Part shown: in pieces, positions 1 to 13,986 of the stretch
Position numbering within the stretch: the stretch's first letter is position 1
Layout: each line of letters begins with the position of its first letter
Origin: Yuukianura sp. NJ FZ-2021
Lineage: Eukaryota
Length of the DNA stretch: 64,000 nucleotides
NCBI GenBank assembly: GCA_046563655.1
Contig: CM102283.1
Location: forward strand, 1,736,001 to 1,800,000
Direction: 5' to 3'
Translations under genes and position numbers: made by a program
Notes under the pieces: model-generated
What the model saw: only the letters and a program-made list of their open reading frames with translations
What the model was told of the DNA's origin: nothing
The model's database searches: none

Positions 1-480
1 GTGGTGGCGTATGGTCTGTTCCTGGTGTAGTATGGCCTGTCCATGGAGTAGGGCCTGTTGGTGGTGGGGTAGGGCCTGTTCCTCGTGTTGTAGGGCCTGT
101 CCATGGTGGAGTAGTGTCTGTTGGTGGTGGCGTATGGTCTGTTCCTGGTGTAGTAGGGCCTGTCCATGGAGTAGGGCCTGTTGGTGGTGTTGTAGGGCCT
201 GTTCCTCGTGTGGTAGGGCCTGTCCATGGTGGAGTAGGGCCTGTTGGTGGTGGCGTATGGTCTGTTCCTGGTGTAGTATGGCCTGTCCATGGAGTAGGGC
301 CTGTTGGTGGTGGGGTAGGGCCTGTTCCTCGTGTTGTAGGGCCTGTCCATGGTGGAGTAGTGTCTGTTGGGGGTGGCGTATGGTCTGTTCCTGGTGTAGT
401 AGGGCCTGCCCAAGGTGTGGGAGGGCCTGTCCATGGTGGGGTAGGGTCTGTAGGCGGAGTTGGAGTGGGATCAGGCGGTG
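1..480 (-). repeat. Coding Pro/Thr/Gly-rich tandem repeat (units such as PPPTGPTPWTGPTTPGTDHT / PPWTGPTTRGTGPT)
   Basis: Recurrent gtagggcctgt / ccatgg / ggtggtggcgtatggtctgttcctgg blocks; the minus-strand frame is continuous with exon 3 of A1. Confidence 0.9.
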
Positions 481-1736
481 GTGGAATCCCACATACGTTT
501 GGCAAGTCTATTAGGAAATCCACCAGATGTTCAACGAATTCGACAATACTTCTGTGACAGGACGTGCATTCGTCTTCCGTAGGCGTAGGGCATGCGTCAT
601 CGACTGGATCTTGTTGCTTGGGTTCCGGATAAGTTGCGATGTTTCGATTTTTTCGGATATCCTGGAGTTTCGGTACCTCTAGAGTTTTGTCTACTTTAAA
701 TACCCACACTCCGTTTTGACCCACGTTGCTGGATCCTGCCAATTCTCTAACTCGATGGGTACATGAGGCGGGACTAATTAGTTGTATTTCCCCTTTGTGA
801 ATTTTGTCTCCAGCGTAGAACCCAGCAGTTGCTGAGCCAAAAGCTGGCTGGCTGCAGTTGCCATCGAAATCCATTCCAGAAATCCAGTCGAGCGTTTCTG
901 TAACACAAAAGACTCAAAGTTGTCTTTTTGTTTGTTTATTAGTGCTTATTTAATTTTTTTTGAAATAATTCTAACCATAGTAAATGATGACATATGAGCC
1001 AGTGTCGTCTCTAGTTAGGATCGTCTGGAACGTGTTCCTGCAGTACGTGTCATATGCATTGTGTCCCCTTGCAGGTACATCCAGCCACGTTGCCACAAAT
1101 ACCCAACGCACGTTGTGGGGCGTAGACCGCGGAAACGCTGCTTGAAGTTGTCTGTTGGCTTTTCCCAGATTCTTGACATCGGCATTGACGGAGTGTGAAA
1201 TTAGCCCACCCATTTGTGGGTTAACTTCTGACCAAAAGGGCGCGATGAACATTGACCCATCAACACGTCCTTGAAGATCGTTGCAACCAAAAATGAAGTA
1301 ATCGATTCCTGTACACAGAAAAAACAAGCGTTATCAACATTTCTGTATAAAGTAAATAGCAGTATCTGTAATGTATAATATACAATGTGTGTAAACATAT
1401 TTATGTATTAATGTAAGAAGTATGTATAATGTATAATATACAATGCGTGTAAACAAATTTATGTTTAATGTAATAGCTTCATGTATAATTTAAGAACAAC
1501 TTAAGTTCAGAATTAGCATAAGAATTACCTTCGAGGAATGAAAGAATGCCATTGTCGCCGACAAAGATGCGGTTGAACGTGTTTCCAAAAAACTTGAAGT
1601 TTGGTAGGCGCGTGCCGACATATGCCTCATCTTTGCTCAAAACTTTGTCCGTCCCAATCTCAAAGAAATGGGACCGATCAATTCCAAGCGTACTTTTAGT
1701 AAAGAGCAGAATTGGCAACAATGTTAAGAAATACAT
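1..1736 (-). CDS. Secreted NIDO-domain / Pro-Thr-repeat protein, paralog A1 (runs off the left edge; a C-terminal vWA is expected by homology to the gene at 21058-23886)
   Basis: Exons 1736-1529, 1308-976, 897-<1 with GT-AG ends. Signal-peptide-like MYFLTLLPILLFTKSTLG; NIDO-like motifs FKFFGNTFNRIFVGDNGILSF, FIAPFWSEV, VFVATWLDV, NTFQTIL, SNVGQNGVWVFKVD; then a Cys-rich linker and Pro/Thr repeat. Confidence 0.85.
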
Positions 1737-2659
1737 TGTAGCCACCTGGAGTTGTTCTCAAGAAGAAGTGCAAAAATGTACTAACAGCAACAGAGCTACT
1801 ATACTACGATTTCGAAAATTCCGAAAGTAGGTTTTATTTAATTTCCTGGTTATTGTTGATTCCGGATCATAGTTGCTGTGCGAAGAGAAACGGATCCAGC
1901 CGATCCAACTGGTTGTGATCAGAATGGCCGATTCCAGCATAGACTGTGAGCAGAAAGGCCAAACCTTATTACAAGCAAAATGAAAAAAGCAATAGTTTAA
2001 TGCAAATTCAATTAATAATTATTTTAAATCAAATTCCAGCTGAAAACCGCAAGCTAAAACACGTCGATGTAACCGAAAATAAACTAACGCAAATTTAAAA
2101 TAATCTAATCCAAACTGATGTAAAACGATGAAACCCATGTTACGATTAAAAATAAACATGTTTTCGGCATAGTTCCGATCGGTCCAACGGATCGGCTGTA
2201 TCCTTCCGAACTATGTTTTATTTTTTAATTGTTGCTTCAGCCTCATTCTATTTAGGCTATGACCCAGCTTCCTGGTATTATACGACAATTTCTCCATTGT
2301 AAACACTTTGAATAGGCCATAAAAATATTAGAAACTCAAAAAACTTCCAAATTTACAATGGGGAAATTTCTGGACAAATCATAAAAAATTATTAGAAAGT
2401 TAGCATTTATTAGACGATAACACGTCATGCAGAGCTAGAAAATGTATGGTTTCCGAAAAATTTTGTCATGCGGTTGAAATATGAACTAGCAGTATGATCA
2501 TGGATGTTCGTTTCTCACTTCCCAAAAAAAAAATCAAACTTTCTCTCCGCAACCTCCTTTTCCTTTCACTCAGAGTAGACGCTAACCTTGTTAAAAAAAC
2601 TTTCAATTACAATCATTGCAAATTTGTTTCTCCAAGATTTCTTGGCGCCTCGTGAGTAA

Positions 2660-3700
2660 CGCGAAAATGTTGCCACGAATGTTAGGATTACTTTTTGGTG
2701 GGATTCATTGGGGCATTCATGTGAAATTGAAAACTAGAACCAGTTGAAGTTGAGATTACATGAATTTTTCACTTTTTCAAGAATTTCAAGAAACACGAAT
2801 TTTTCACTTTTTCAAGAATTTCAAACAACTCTGAAATTTTTTTTTCCCAGAGCTACTGCCGCCTGGGCCTTCCACCAAAATGTTGCCACGAATAGTGGGA
2901 TCACGTTTTGGTGGGATTCATTGGGGCATTCATGTGAAATTCAAAACTAGAACCAGTTGAAGTTGAGATTACATGAATTTTTCACTTTTTCAAGAATTTC
3001 AAGAAACACGAATTTTTCACTTTTTCAAGAATTTCAAGAAACACGAATTTTTCACTTTTTCAAGAATTTCAAACAACTCTGAAATTTTTTTTCCCCAGAG
3101 CTACTGCCGCCTGGGCCTTCCACCAAAATGTTGCCACGAATGGTGGGATCACGTTTTGGTGGGTTTCATTGGGGCGTTCATGTGAAATTCAAAACTAGAA
3201 CCAGTTGAAGTTGAGATTACATGAATTTTTCACTTTTTCAAGAATTTCAAGAAACACGAATTTTTCACTTTTTCAAGAATTTCAAGAAACACGAATGTTT
3301 CAGTTTTTCTAGAATTTCAAACAACTCTGAAAATTTTTTTTCCCAGAGCTACTGCCTCCTGTGCCTTCCACCAAAATGTTGCCACGAATGGTGGGATGAC
3401 GTTTTGGTGGGTTTCATTGGGGCGTTCATGTGAAATTCAAAACTAGAACCGGTTGAAGTTGAGATTATATGAACTTTTCATTCTTCAAGAATTTCAAGAA
3501 ACACGAATTTTTCACTTTTTCAAGAATTTCAAACAACTCTGAAATTTTTTTTTCCAAAGCTACTGCCACCTGGGCCTTCCACCAAAATGTTGCCACGAAT
3601 GGTGGGATCACGTTTGGGTGGGTTTCATTGGGGCGTTCATGAGAAATTCAAAAATAGAACCACTTGAAGTTGAGAAAAACGAATTTTCTCACATTTGAAA
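2660..3700. repeat. Tandem satellite of about 210-250 bp units (about 4.5 copies) with internal 33-bp subrepeats
   Basis: gaaatt(c/g)aaaa(c/a)tagaacc recurs at about 2724, 2936, 3184, 3433 and 3643; internal ttcaagaaacacgaatttttcactttttcaagaat repeats. Confidence 0.9.
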
Positions 3701-4268
3701 TCCAACTTTGGAAATACTTTTTTTTTTCGAAACCATCCATTTTATTACTCTGATTTTTGGTTTATCGTTTTTAATAGTAAAGGGTTAACTTTCTAAAATT
3801 CAAATATTTTATGATTTGGTTCAAAAATTTCTCCATTGTGTATTTTTAAAATTTTTTGTTGAGTTTCTAATATCCTTATGGCCTATTCAAATTGTTTACG
3901 ACTATTCTCGAAAGTTACCATAGTTCGATCCGAATACCCCGATCCGAAGTATGCCGATCCTAGGGTATTTTTAGAGTAACAAGGGTTTAATTGTTTTACA
4001 TTAGTATATTATAGTTAGATTATTTAAAACTTGCTTAGCTTATGTTCGGTTAGATACGTGTTTTACTTAGGAATTTTAGCTGGAATTTGATTAAAAATAA
4101 TTATTAATTGAATTTGCATGGAACTACCAGGTCACTTGTTTGGCATAAAATTTGGTCATATTTGTAAGCGGCCACAGTTCGAATGTCTGCCATTTTGATT
4201 TGCTCGAGTTGGATCGGTTTTTACATGCAGCGACTCTGACTTGGAATAGACAACAACCCTAGTGAGTG

Positions 4269-4424
4269 CTCCACTCACATTCGAACCAAAACGAGCACAA
4301 GACGCAGGAATTCAAGTATTTGCGGTGGGAATCGGCAAAGACATTAACGAGCGCAATCTTGTACAAATGACGTTGCGAAAAGACCGCGTAATGTCGGTCC
4401 AACGTTATGATCAGCTAAAGCAAA
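4269..4424 (+). pseudogene. 3' remnant of the NIDO-less vWA gene (copy of about 28980-29134)
   Basis: ctccactcacattcgaaccaaaacgagcacaagacgcagg...gatcagctaaagcaaa matches 28981-29134; the upstream ~2.5 kb present in block B (about 26466-28979) is missing here. Confidence 0.85.
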
Positions 4425-5500
4425 CAAGGTAGGGCGATGCTCAAGGGTTGAGCATAGGTCTTCTGGAGGGAGTTGGCAATTGATACGACATTGAGACCGG
4501 CCTACCGCAAAACTGTAGACGAACTGAAAAACCGTTTTCATGGAATTGATGCTCTGAAACGTAGCTAAAATTTTCAGTGTGAATGTGAGATCTTATTTTG
4601 TGCATGAGTTACACTAAAATTGTCTTGGCAATTTTACAGTTTAATTGCACCAAAGTCATGTTTCAGTTTTGAGGGCCACAATATCTGCACTGAATTGAGG
4701 CTGTTAATTTGTTGAGCAAGATACACACAATGTGTTATCGATGTTGTCATGGCAATACATTATAATTAACAGCGTTAACTTAACTCATAATGTTGTTCAA
4801 ATTGGGCTCAGATTTGACTCTGTTCAAAATTATTTTGATGCACAATAATTGTTCTCAACCATGCACAAAACTTTCAGTTGTGTGCATCGTGCACAAAATT
4901 GAACGTTAGGGGGGAAGTGTCGAATGTCGTTTCCTAAAAATCAAAATTGGTTTATGTAAATGCACAATTCAACGTTTATGTATCCCTATTGGTCATAAGT
5001 GTGCAACGTGCACAAAAATAAACGCTGGAGTGAGGGGTCGAATATCGCCTGTTAAAATCAAAATTATAAAAATTTCTAGTAAATGCAAAGACCCCTGTTA
5101 TGCACTATTCGCATATTAAACATTTAAGCAGGATTTTCTACCCTCTGATCAGTCTTAATTTAACAACGTAATTAAACATACTGCCAGAAAATGACCAGAT
5201 CAAAAATCCGTTGTTTATAAATACTTTGAGTGCAATCGAAACCAAAACAGTTTTGCGGAGCCACGATACTGCGGGTACGTAAAGTAGCCGCCAATTTCTG
5301 CATTGTTAATATAGCAGTTTGAGTGCAATGTAGAGGTAGAGAAAACACTTGAGCGATACAGGACACCCCGTCAATAATGGAGGTAATGTTTCAGTGCAAA
5401 GGGTACTAAAAAACGTTACGGACGGACGGACGGACGGACAGACAAAGTCGTATCAATAGTCTTCTTCAGCACGTCGTAGACGTGCGTCTCCAGAAGACTA
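4422..5500 (-). mobile_element. Non-autonomous Helentron / DINE-1-like (HINE) element
   Basis: Subterminal inverted repeats gtcttctggag (4458-4468) and ctccagaagac (5488-5498); terminal stem-loop atgctcaa-ggg-ttgagcat (4437-4455) next to aaacaag; (GGAC)n microsatellite at about 5418-5443; absent from block B. Confidence 0.75.
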
Positions 5501-6832
5501 AAAGCTGGAAAGTCAGAAGGTGTGATGGCGTTTGAAAAAAAAAACACAATATTTTGGAATTTCTTAAATTCTGCATAAGTTTTGAAAATACACTTTTTCA
5601 AAAAAAGTAAAGAGCTAGTAAGTTAGAAGGTGATGGCATTTGAAAAAAAAAACAATATTTTGGAATTTTTCAACTTTCTATAAAAAAGGAAAATGCACTT
5701 TAGTGAATTTGTTAGCCTAATCCTGACTTTCTTCAAAAGTCCTACTGTAGAAACTTAGAAGGTGTGATGCGGTTTTCAAAAAACAATATTAAAAAAACAC
5801 CGAACTTTTGTTCTAGTAAATACCTTAAAGCCACGATGGACATGGACATGGACATAGACTTTGACGAAACCAATCTCTATCTTAACACTTTTGTTTGGTT
5901 AAGCGTCAAAACTAATCTTTAATCTATGACTTTTGTTCAGTTTCGTAGTGGGTGAAGTAGGAATTTTGCTTTAAAAACTCTTTTTTTCAGTCTTTCAGAA
6001 ATTTTGCTAGTTTTGCTAAATTGAAAACTACCATTGAATCTTACGCGTTTCTTACGTTTCTTACGTAGTTTTCCGAAAACTACGTAGTTTTGCCAACCCT
6101 GATTTAGAGCTTTTCTGGCCATCTTATGTAAAGAGCATGCGCAGTTTTTAGAAAGTGTTAACTTTCTAATTTTCGCATTTTTTATGATTTTGTCCAGAAG
6201 TTTCTCCATTGTGAATTTGGAAATTTTTTTGTTCAATTTCTAATATTCTTATGACCTATTCAAAATGTTCCAATTGTGAAAGTTGTCGAAAAATACGAGA
6301 AAGCTGGGTCATAACCTAAATAGAATGAGGCTGAAGTAACAATTAAAAAAAACATAGTTCGGGAGTAAGCGGGCGATCATTGGCCCGATCCGAAATATGC
6401 CGATCCCAGGGTATTTTTAGCTTAACATGCGTTACATGATTTTGCATTAGATGTACATTAGTTTGGGTTAGATTATTTCCAATTTCCTTAATTTACGTTC
6501 GGTTACAGCATACAACGTGTTCTAGCTTAAGAAGTTTAGCTGAAATTTGATATAAAATAATTATTAATTAAATTGCATGGAACTATTGCGCCTTTTGTTT
6601 TACATAACAGGCCGATCTTGGCACGCGCCACGTTGGAATCGGCGATTCCCATTGGCACAAGTTAGATCGGCTGGATCGGTTTTTTCGTACATGAACTATG
6701 ACTTGGAATAGACAATAACCACGAAATTCAATAAAACCATTTTCGGTATTTACTATAATGTAGTACAATAGCTGTCTGTTGCTGTCAGTACATTTTTGCA
6801 CTTCTTCTTGAGCACAACTCCAAGTGGCTACG

Positions 6833-8761
6833 ATGTGTTTCTTAACATTGTTGCCAATTCTGATCTTTACTAAAAGTACATTTGGAATTGATCGGTCCCA
6901 TTTCTTTGAGGGTGGGACAGACACGGTTTTGAGCAAAGATGAGGCGTATGTCGGCACTCACCTTCCAAACTTCAAGTTTTTCGGAAACACGTTCAACCGC
7001 ATCTTTGTCGGCGATAATGGCATTCTTTCATTCCTTGAAGGTAATTCTTATGCTACTTGTAAACACAGATTCTTACATTATATCTACATAAATCTATTTT
7101 CATTATACATAATTATATTTACAGTAGACATTGTACATGAATGTTGCTGACACTCCTTTCTTTTTTACAGGAATCGATTACTTCATTTCTAGTTGCTACG
7201 ATATCCAGGGAAGTGTTGATGGGTCAATGCTTATCGCCCCATTTTGGTCCGAAGTTAACCCAGAAATGGGTGGGCTAATTTCTTACTCCGTCAATTCTGA
7301 TGTCAAGAGTCTGGAAAAAGTCAACAAACAACTCCAAGCAGGGTTTCCGAGATCTAAGCCCCACAACATGCATTGGGTATTTGTTGCAACATGGCTGGAT
7401 GTGCATCCCAGGGGACACAATTCAAGTAACACACAGTGCAGAAACACATTTCAGACAATCCTAACCAGCGACGGAACGCGCTCTTATGTCATCTTCTACT
7501 ACGGTTAGAATTATTTCACAAAAAATTAAATAATTTTTTTAAAGGTAAATAAATTTAAACAAATATTAAATATTTTTAATATTAATATTAATATTAATAA
7601 TTTTTAATAATTAATAATATTTAATATTAATATTAATATTTTTAAATAAATACTAATAGATAAATGTAAAGATAACTTGAATTTCGTGTTTTAGAAACTC
7701 TCAACTGGATTTCCGGGAAGAACTTCGATGGAAACTGCAGCGAGGAGGCTCATGGCTCAGCAACTGCTGGATTCTACGCTGGACACAAAATTCACCAAGG
7801 CGAAATTCAACTAATTAGTCCTGCCTCATGTACCCGCGAAGTTAGAGAATTGGCAACATCCAGCAACGTGGGTCAAAACGGGGTTTGGGTATTTAAGGTA
7901 GACAAAACTCTAGAGGTACCGAAACTCAAGGATATTCGAAAACCTCGACAAATCGAATACGCTGATCCGCAATTTCCCGCTGATGGTACATGCCCTAAGC
8001 CTAAGAATGATCTATGTGGGTCAACTACTCCCTGTCGCAAAAATATTGTCGACCTGGTAGAGTATTTTGTCAATTTCCTAAAAGACTTCCCAACGAAATG
8101 TTTGGGTAAAAAGCCCGGTACTGGAAACCCACGTCCTGAACCCACCGACCCACCTCCAGAACGCACCTCTTCCCCCAGATACCCGGACGATCCTGATCCA
8201 ATCACTCAACCGCCAAACGTCCCCACGAAATGTGATCAAGTCAATGATATCGGGATTCTGTTAGACTCTTCTGGTAGTATCGGTGACGAATCGTATAAGT
8301 TGGCACTGACATTTGTTGACAAATTGGCATCAGCTTTTGTTGAAAAGAGCAGAATCATGATGATTTACTACGGAACTGCTGTGAGATTTCAACTGGAACT
8401 TGATAACGCATGGACACCAGCTGAGATTTCTGAAGTCATCACAACAACTCCTTACCTGAGCGAGGACACGTACACTGGAAAAGCAATTGAAGTGGCAACA
8501 GAGCACATGAAGAAGAGGAAACGAGATGGAGTTTCGCAAAACCTGATCATTTTAACTGACGGGGATCCGACTGTTCCACTTGCCTATGCACCAATTGATG
8601 CAAAAGACGCGGGAATTTCAATATTTGCAGTGGGAATAGGGAAACAGATCAAAATGCAAAACCTCATGAGTATGACATTGCAAGCAGACAGAGTAACTAC
8701 GGTCCAAAGTTATGAAGAATTGGATCAAAAGTTAAGAGATGTCAGCCAAATGATGTGTTAA
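6833..8761 (+). CDS. Secreted NIDO + Cys/Pro-rich linker + vWA protein, paralog A2 (about 535 aa)
   Basis: Exons 6833-7040, 7171-7503, 7695-8761 join in frame (1608 nt). Signal peptide, NIDO motifs, vWA with MIDAS DSSGS, T and LTDG, and IFAVGIG. Confidence 0.88.
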
Positions 8762-9388
8762 TGTGTGAACCAAGGTTCCTAGAGCAACGAAATAGTTTTC
8801 CTTTAACAGGTTTGGCAATAAAGGCTGTTTACGAAAAAATCCCGCTCCGAACAAGTTTTTCCGCCAAACCCATTTGATTACATATAAATAGAGATTTTTA
8901 TATAAAAATTTTACTAACAAAAAAACTTCTAGATATTGCCTAACCTATTGAAGAATAAACTATTTTGTTGTTTACGAACCTTGGTGTGAACTGTTTTGTC
9001 GAAATCTGCTGATTTTCTCATATTTTTAGAAACCAATTGAAAAAATTCGAATAAATAAAATTATGAAAACATTTGGATTCTTTTATTAACTTTTTAAAGT
9101 CAAAAATTTGAGTAATTAACAATAGAATATATCGTAATAAATTTATAAACTTATTTAACGGCATACATTTGAAATTCCGTGGGTTAAAATTGGAAGATTT
9201 TTGAAATTTCAACTTCAAAAATAAATGTAAAGTTTGCGACGTATTTATTAGAAGAAAAGTAATTACGATTGATACAGACGAAAAAAAGAAACAGAGGAAA
9301 TTTTGATTTTTTTTAGTTTGATACAATTCTGTTTTGGATTTCCGAAACAGAAATTTTGGGTTTCACGGTTCGGTTTTGAGTTAGTACC

Positions 9389-10675
<1,287 letters not shown>

Positions 10676-10676
<1 letters not shown>

Positions 10677-10853
10677 AAACATCTTCGGGCCATTTCCGAA
10701 AGTGGGCGTGACTCGAATGAAATTGAAGACAAGACGAATAATTCACTTCTGCTAGATGATCCCACTACAACTGATGACCTCGACCGTCACAAAGTCACTC
10801 TGCTTCCTTCATCTCGTTCTCCTTCCGTGTCTTCGCGCATGACCGATGTCTAA
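10676..10853 (+). pseudogene. Orphan C-terminal tail of a second para-type sodium channel paralog
   Basis: KHLRAISESGRDSNEIEDKT...HKVTLLPSSRSPSVSSRMTDV* is homologous but not identical to the end of the Nav at 49508-49666 (KHLRAISECGGDSNEIEDKT...SSITSHMTDA*). Confidence 0.8.
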
Positions 10854-11597
10854 ATTTTCAAAATCTCTAAAAATTCAAATAATGAAAGTGTTTTAAACAG
10901 TGCTAAAAAAGCAGGACCAATTTTGACAATGAAGACCAGAAGGTATACTGTCCATATTGTCCAAAAAAAAAAGCGCTTCAAAATTGTTGTTCAAAAAAAA
11001 TTCAGCTTCGAATTCGACTTTCAAATTGGAACAATTTTGCTAAAAAGTTTTAGTGTTTAACACTGTGATCAACGAATTAAGCCATTTGTGACCTTGCCAT
11101 TTCAACTTTCAATTTACAAAACTTTACAAAATTTTTGCGCCTCTCAATGTGAAATAAATGTGATATTGTCCGTGTGTTGCAGCTTCAAATTACGAAAAAG
11201 ACATTACAGCTCGATTTCATTGTTGTTTCTGCGCAGTGCAAATGTTTTAGGCTGCGCAGAAGACAAAATCAATATAATGAAAGGATTTTGCACTTTACAA
11301 GAAATCTTTTGTGCTCCAAAGACGCAATGCGCAAAACGAGCAAACTTTTTTCATCTTTCTTTTTTCTGCCAAAGAAAAGTGAAATTCCAGGAAAATCGAT
11401 CCTGCTGCCCCATTTTCCACTTTCACTTGACTTTCTCCTGAAGTGCTAAACATTCACACACGGCTTTTAGCACTCCGTTTTTGCTAAAAATAGGAATTCT
11501 AGGGGTCAAGTAAGGTTAAGGTTAGGTTATCTAACTTAAAACATGGAAATTTTTGAGGTTGACCTTTGACCTTTCCTAAGTTTGAGTAAAGCTCATC

Positions 11598-13830
11598 ATG
11601 TCGTCTGCTTCTGGAAGTATTGTGCATGACACGAGACCGCCATTTCGACCATTCACGAGAGATTCGCTAGTGCAAATTCAAAGCAGAATTGCGGAAGAAA
11701 ATGCAAAAAAGAGGGAACTGGAAAAGAAGCGGGCCGAAGGAGAAGTAAGTTTTTGTTTACTTAATTGTTTGCACTAATTAATAATATAATAAGTTAACTT
11801 CATTTGAAACTTTTTCTGCAATTTGAAACTTTTTCCTGTATGATTTCAAATGTTAAATTTAAAAGATATCAACGAATTTTCAAAAAGTTAACGTTTGCAG
11901 AATCAATTTCTGAAAAGCTGAAGTGCTGCTGCACTTTTGTGCTGCCGCAGTTTCCAAATATTAAAAGTAGTAATAATATATATATTAACTTATAAAATTA
12001 TATTATAAATTATAAATAAATTGAAATAATTATAACATAATTTTAAAAAATTTCCTTATCCCACTTCCTTTCAAAAAAAAGCTTTCAGTGTTTTCACGCT
12101 GTCGTCAGCTCACGTTTTTGCCCTGCCTCCATTTTTCAAAAAAAAAAAGTTAAGTCCACCGTCCTTTCCTTGCTTTCCAATTCATGTCACAACATTGTTG
12201 GTAAAAAATATTCAAAAAATTTGTTTTTGATATATACAAATACATAAACAAAAAATTTTCATTTTTTGGAAAACATTTTACAAAATTTTTCAAAATACTA
12301 AAAATTATTTGGAAAAAATTGGAAGAGTGAGGGTGTGTTTGTTGTATTGTTTCTCAGGAGGGAGACATTTATCGTAAAATCAAGAAAAGCAAAAAGGAAG
12401 TAAGAAAAACATTTAGACACCACACTGGTCAATGGGAATGAAATTTACACTATCATTTCAAATCATTTTTACTTAATTAGTTCAGTTCCTTAGTTTCTAG
12501 TTGGATGTCAGAGGTCGAACTTACAATTCATAGTCAATTAGTCCAATCAGTCAATTAGTTCAGAAATACAGTCAAGGAATAGTCTATAGTTTTCTAGTAC
12601 TAAATAGTGGAGGATTGTTGACATCCTCCAACAAAATTCAGCACGCTTAAAACGCCTGAAAACTTGCTTTCCGAATGAAAACAGCTTTCGTTTAGCATAG
12701 AAATCGTCTTGGCCTTTCAGTTTAACCATTTCAAATTCAACGTGACCTTTGACCTTCTGCAATTTTTTAAGGCTCGGTATGAAGAAGAGGATGAAGACGA
12801 AGGGCCACGTCCGAATGCTAACTTGGAACAGGGAATGCCACTGCCGATTCGACTGGCAGCAGCATTTGTGCCAGAACTGGCTTGTACGCCACTCGAGGAC
12901 ATTGACCCCTTCTATGCAAATCAGGCCGTAAGGTCACTTCCAGCCATTTTACTTTTGAGTTGACCTTCCATTCGGTTCATGGATTTCATTGGCTGCCATT
13001 CAAAGTAGACCCTGTAGTCGTAGGTATCGTTTCATTCCTTACATAGTATTGCATGGAAAAAGCTCAAATTTTTACCTCGTTTTCAGTTGCCAACTTCGGA
13101 GTTTTTGATTTTGAATATATGAAATTTTCGAAATTTTGAAACTGGTTAGACGTTCGTGATCGTGAGTAAGAAGAAGGACATTTTCCGGTTCAGTGCGACG
13201 GATGCTGTGTGGCTCCTGAGTCCCTTCAACCCCATTCGCCGTGTTGCCATCGCCATCTTGACGCATGGTCTCTTCACTCTCGTCATCATCACGACCATCC
13301 TCACGAACTGCATGGTCATGATCATGCAGTCACCAGTCACAGAGTCAACGGAGTAAGTGGCAACATTGCATGGCAACAGCATAACTTCCGTAGTCAACAT
13401 GTGTTAGACCTTTGTGTTGATCAAGTGGTTGTTGATCTAATTGTGTTGAACTAATTGTTGTTTGGTTGCAGAGTGATCTTCACTGCCATCTACACCGTAG
13501 AGAGTTGTGTGAAAGTGATGGCACGCTGATTCATCTTAGAAAAGTTCACATACCTTAGAGACCCTTGGATAGAAGAAGTTGAAGGAGGCGAAGAAGAGGA
13601 AGAAGAGGTCAAACCAGTGCATCATCATGGTCCACCGAAGGAAGAGGAAGAAGAGTACCCGCATGATTGTTGTCCACCAAGATTCTACGAAAGATTTCCG
13701 ATTTTCATGGTGGACGAAACGCCTTTCGGAGTGGGTTGGGCCAACTTGAGACTCAAAACGTTTCAGCTCATTGAAAACAAATACTTTGAAACGGCCCATC
13801 ATCATGATTCTACTGTCGTCTATGGCTTTG
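11598..13830 (+). pseudogene. para: Truncated, internally deleted duplicate of the para-type Nav gene
   Basis: Exons 1-5 are near-identical to 38806-41030, then the sequence jumps at TTGGA (13565-13569) to the homolog of 45792-46059. In-frame TGA at 13527-13529 (GGA in B) and a 2-nt deletion near 13795. Confidence 0.88.
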
Positions 13831-13986
13831 GTAAGCTCATGTTTGCAGGGTTTGCAAAAAAAAACGCCTTTAGAACGTTGGCAAAACATTGTCGTCAAAG
13901 TTCTAAAAACGTTTTTTAAACGATTGTAACTCGATTGTAAAAAGTGGCCAAAAGTAGCATGTGTCGTTTTCTTTCAAAATTTTATG

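Noticed and set aside
11-557. Plus-strand Cys/Trp-rich and Gly/Val-rich ORFs
   Set aside because: Antisense shadows of the minus-strand Pro/Thr coding repeat.
2744-3433. Repeated 68-70 aa ORFs (MNFSLFQEFQ...)
   Set aside because: They arise from the satellite unit; no splice or homology support. The same applies to 25128-25901.
7540-7670. Extremely AT-rich quasi-palindromic stretch
   Set aside because: Low-complexity (ATTAAT)n intron sequence with no evidence of function.
11088-11449. ORFs upstream of Nav conserved in both blocks (also 38296-38657)
   Set aside because: Conservation reflects the recent duplication; likely UTR or promoter sequence with no protein-like features.
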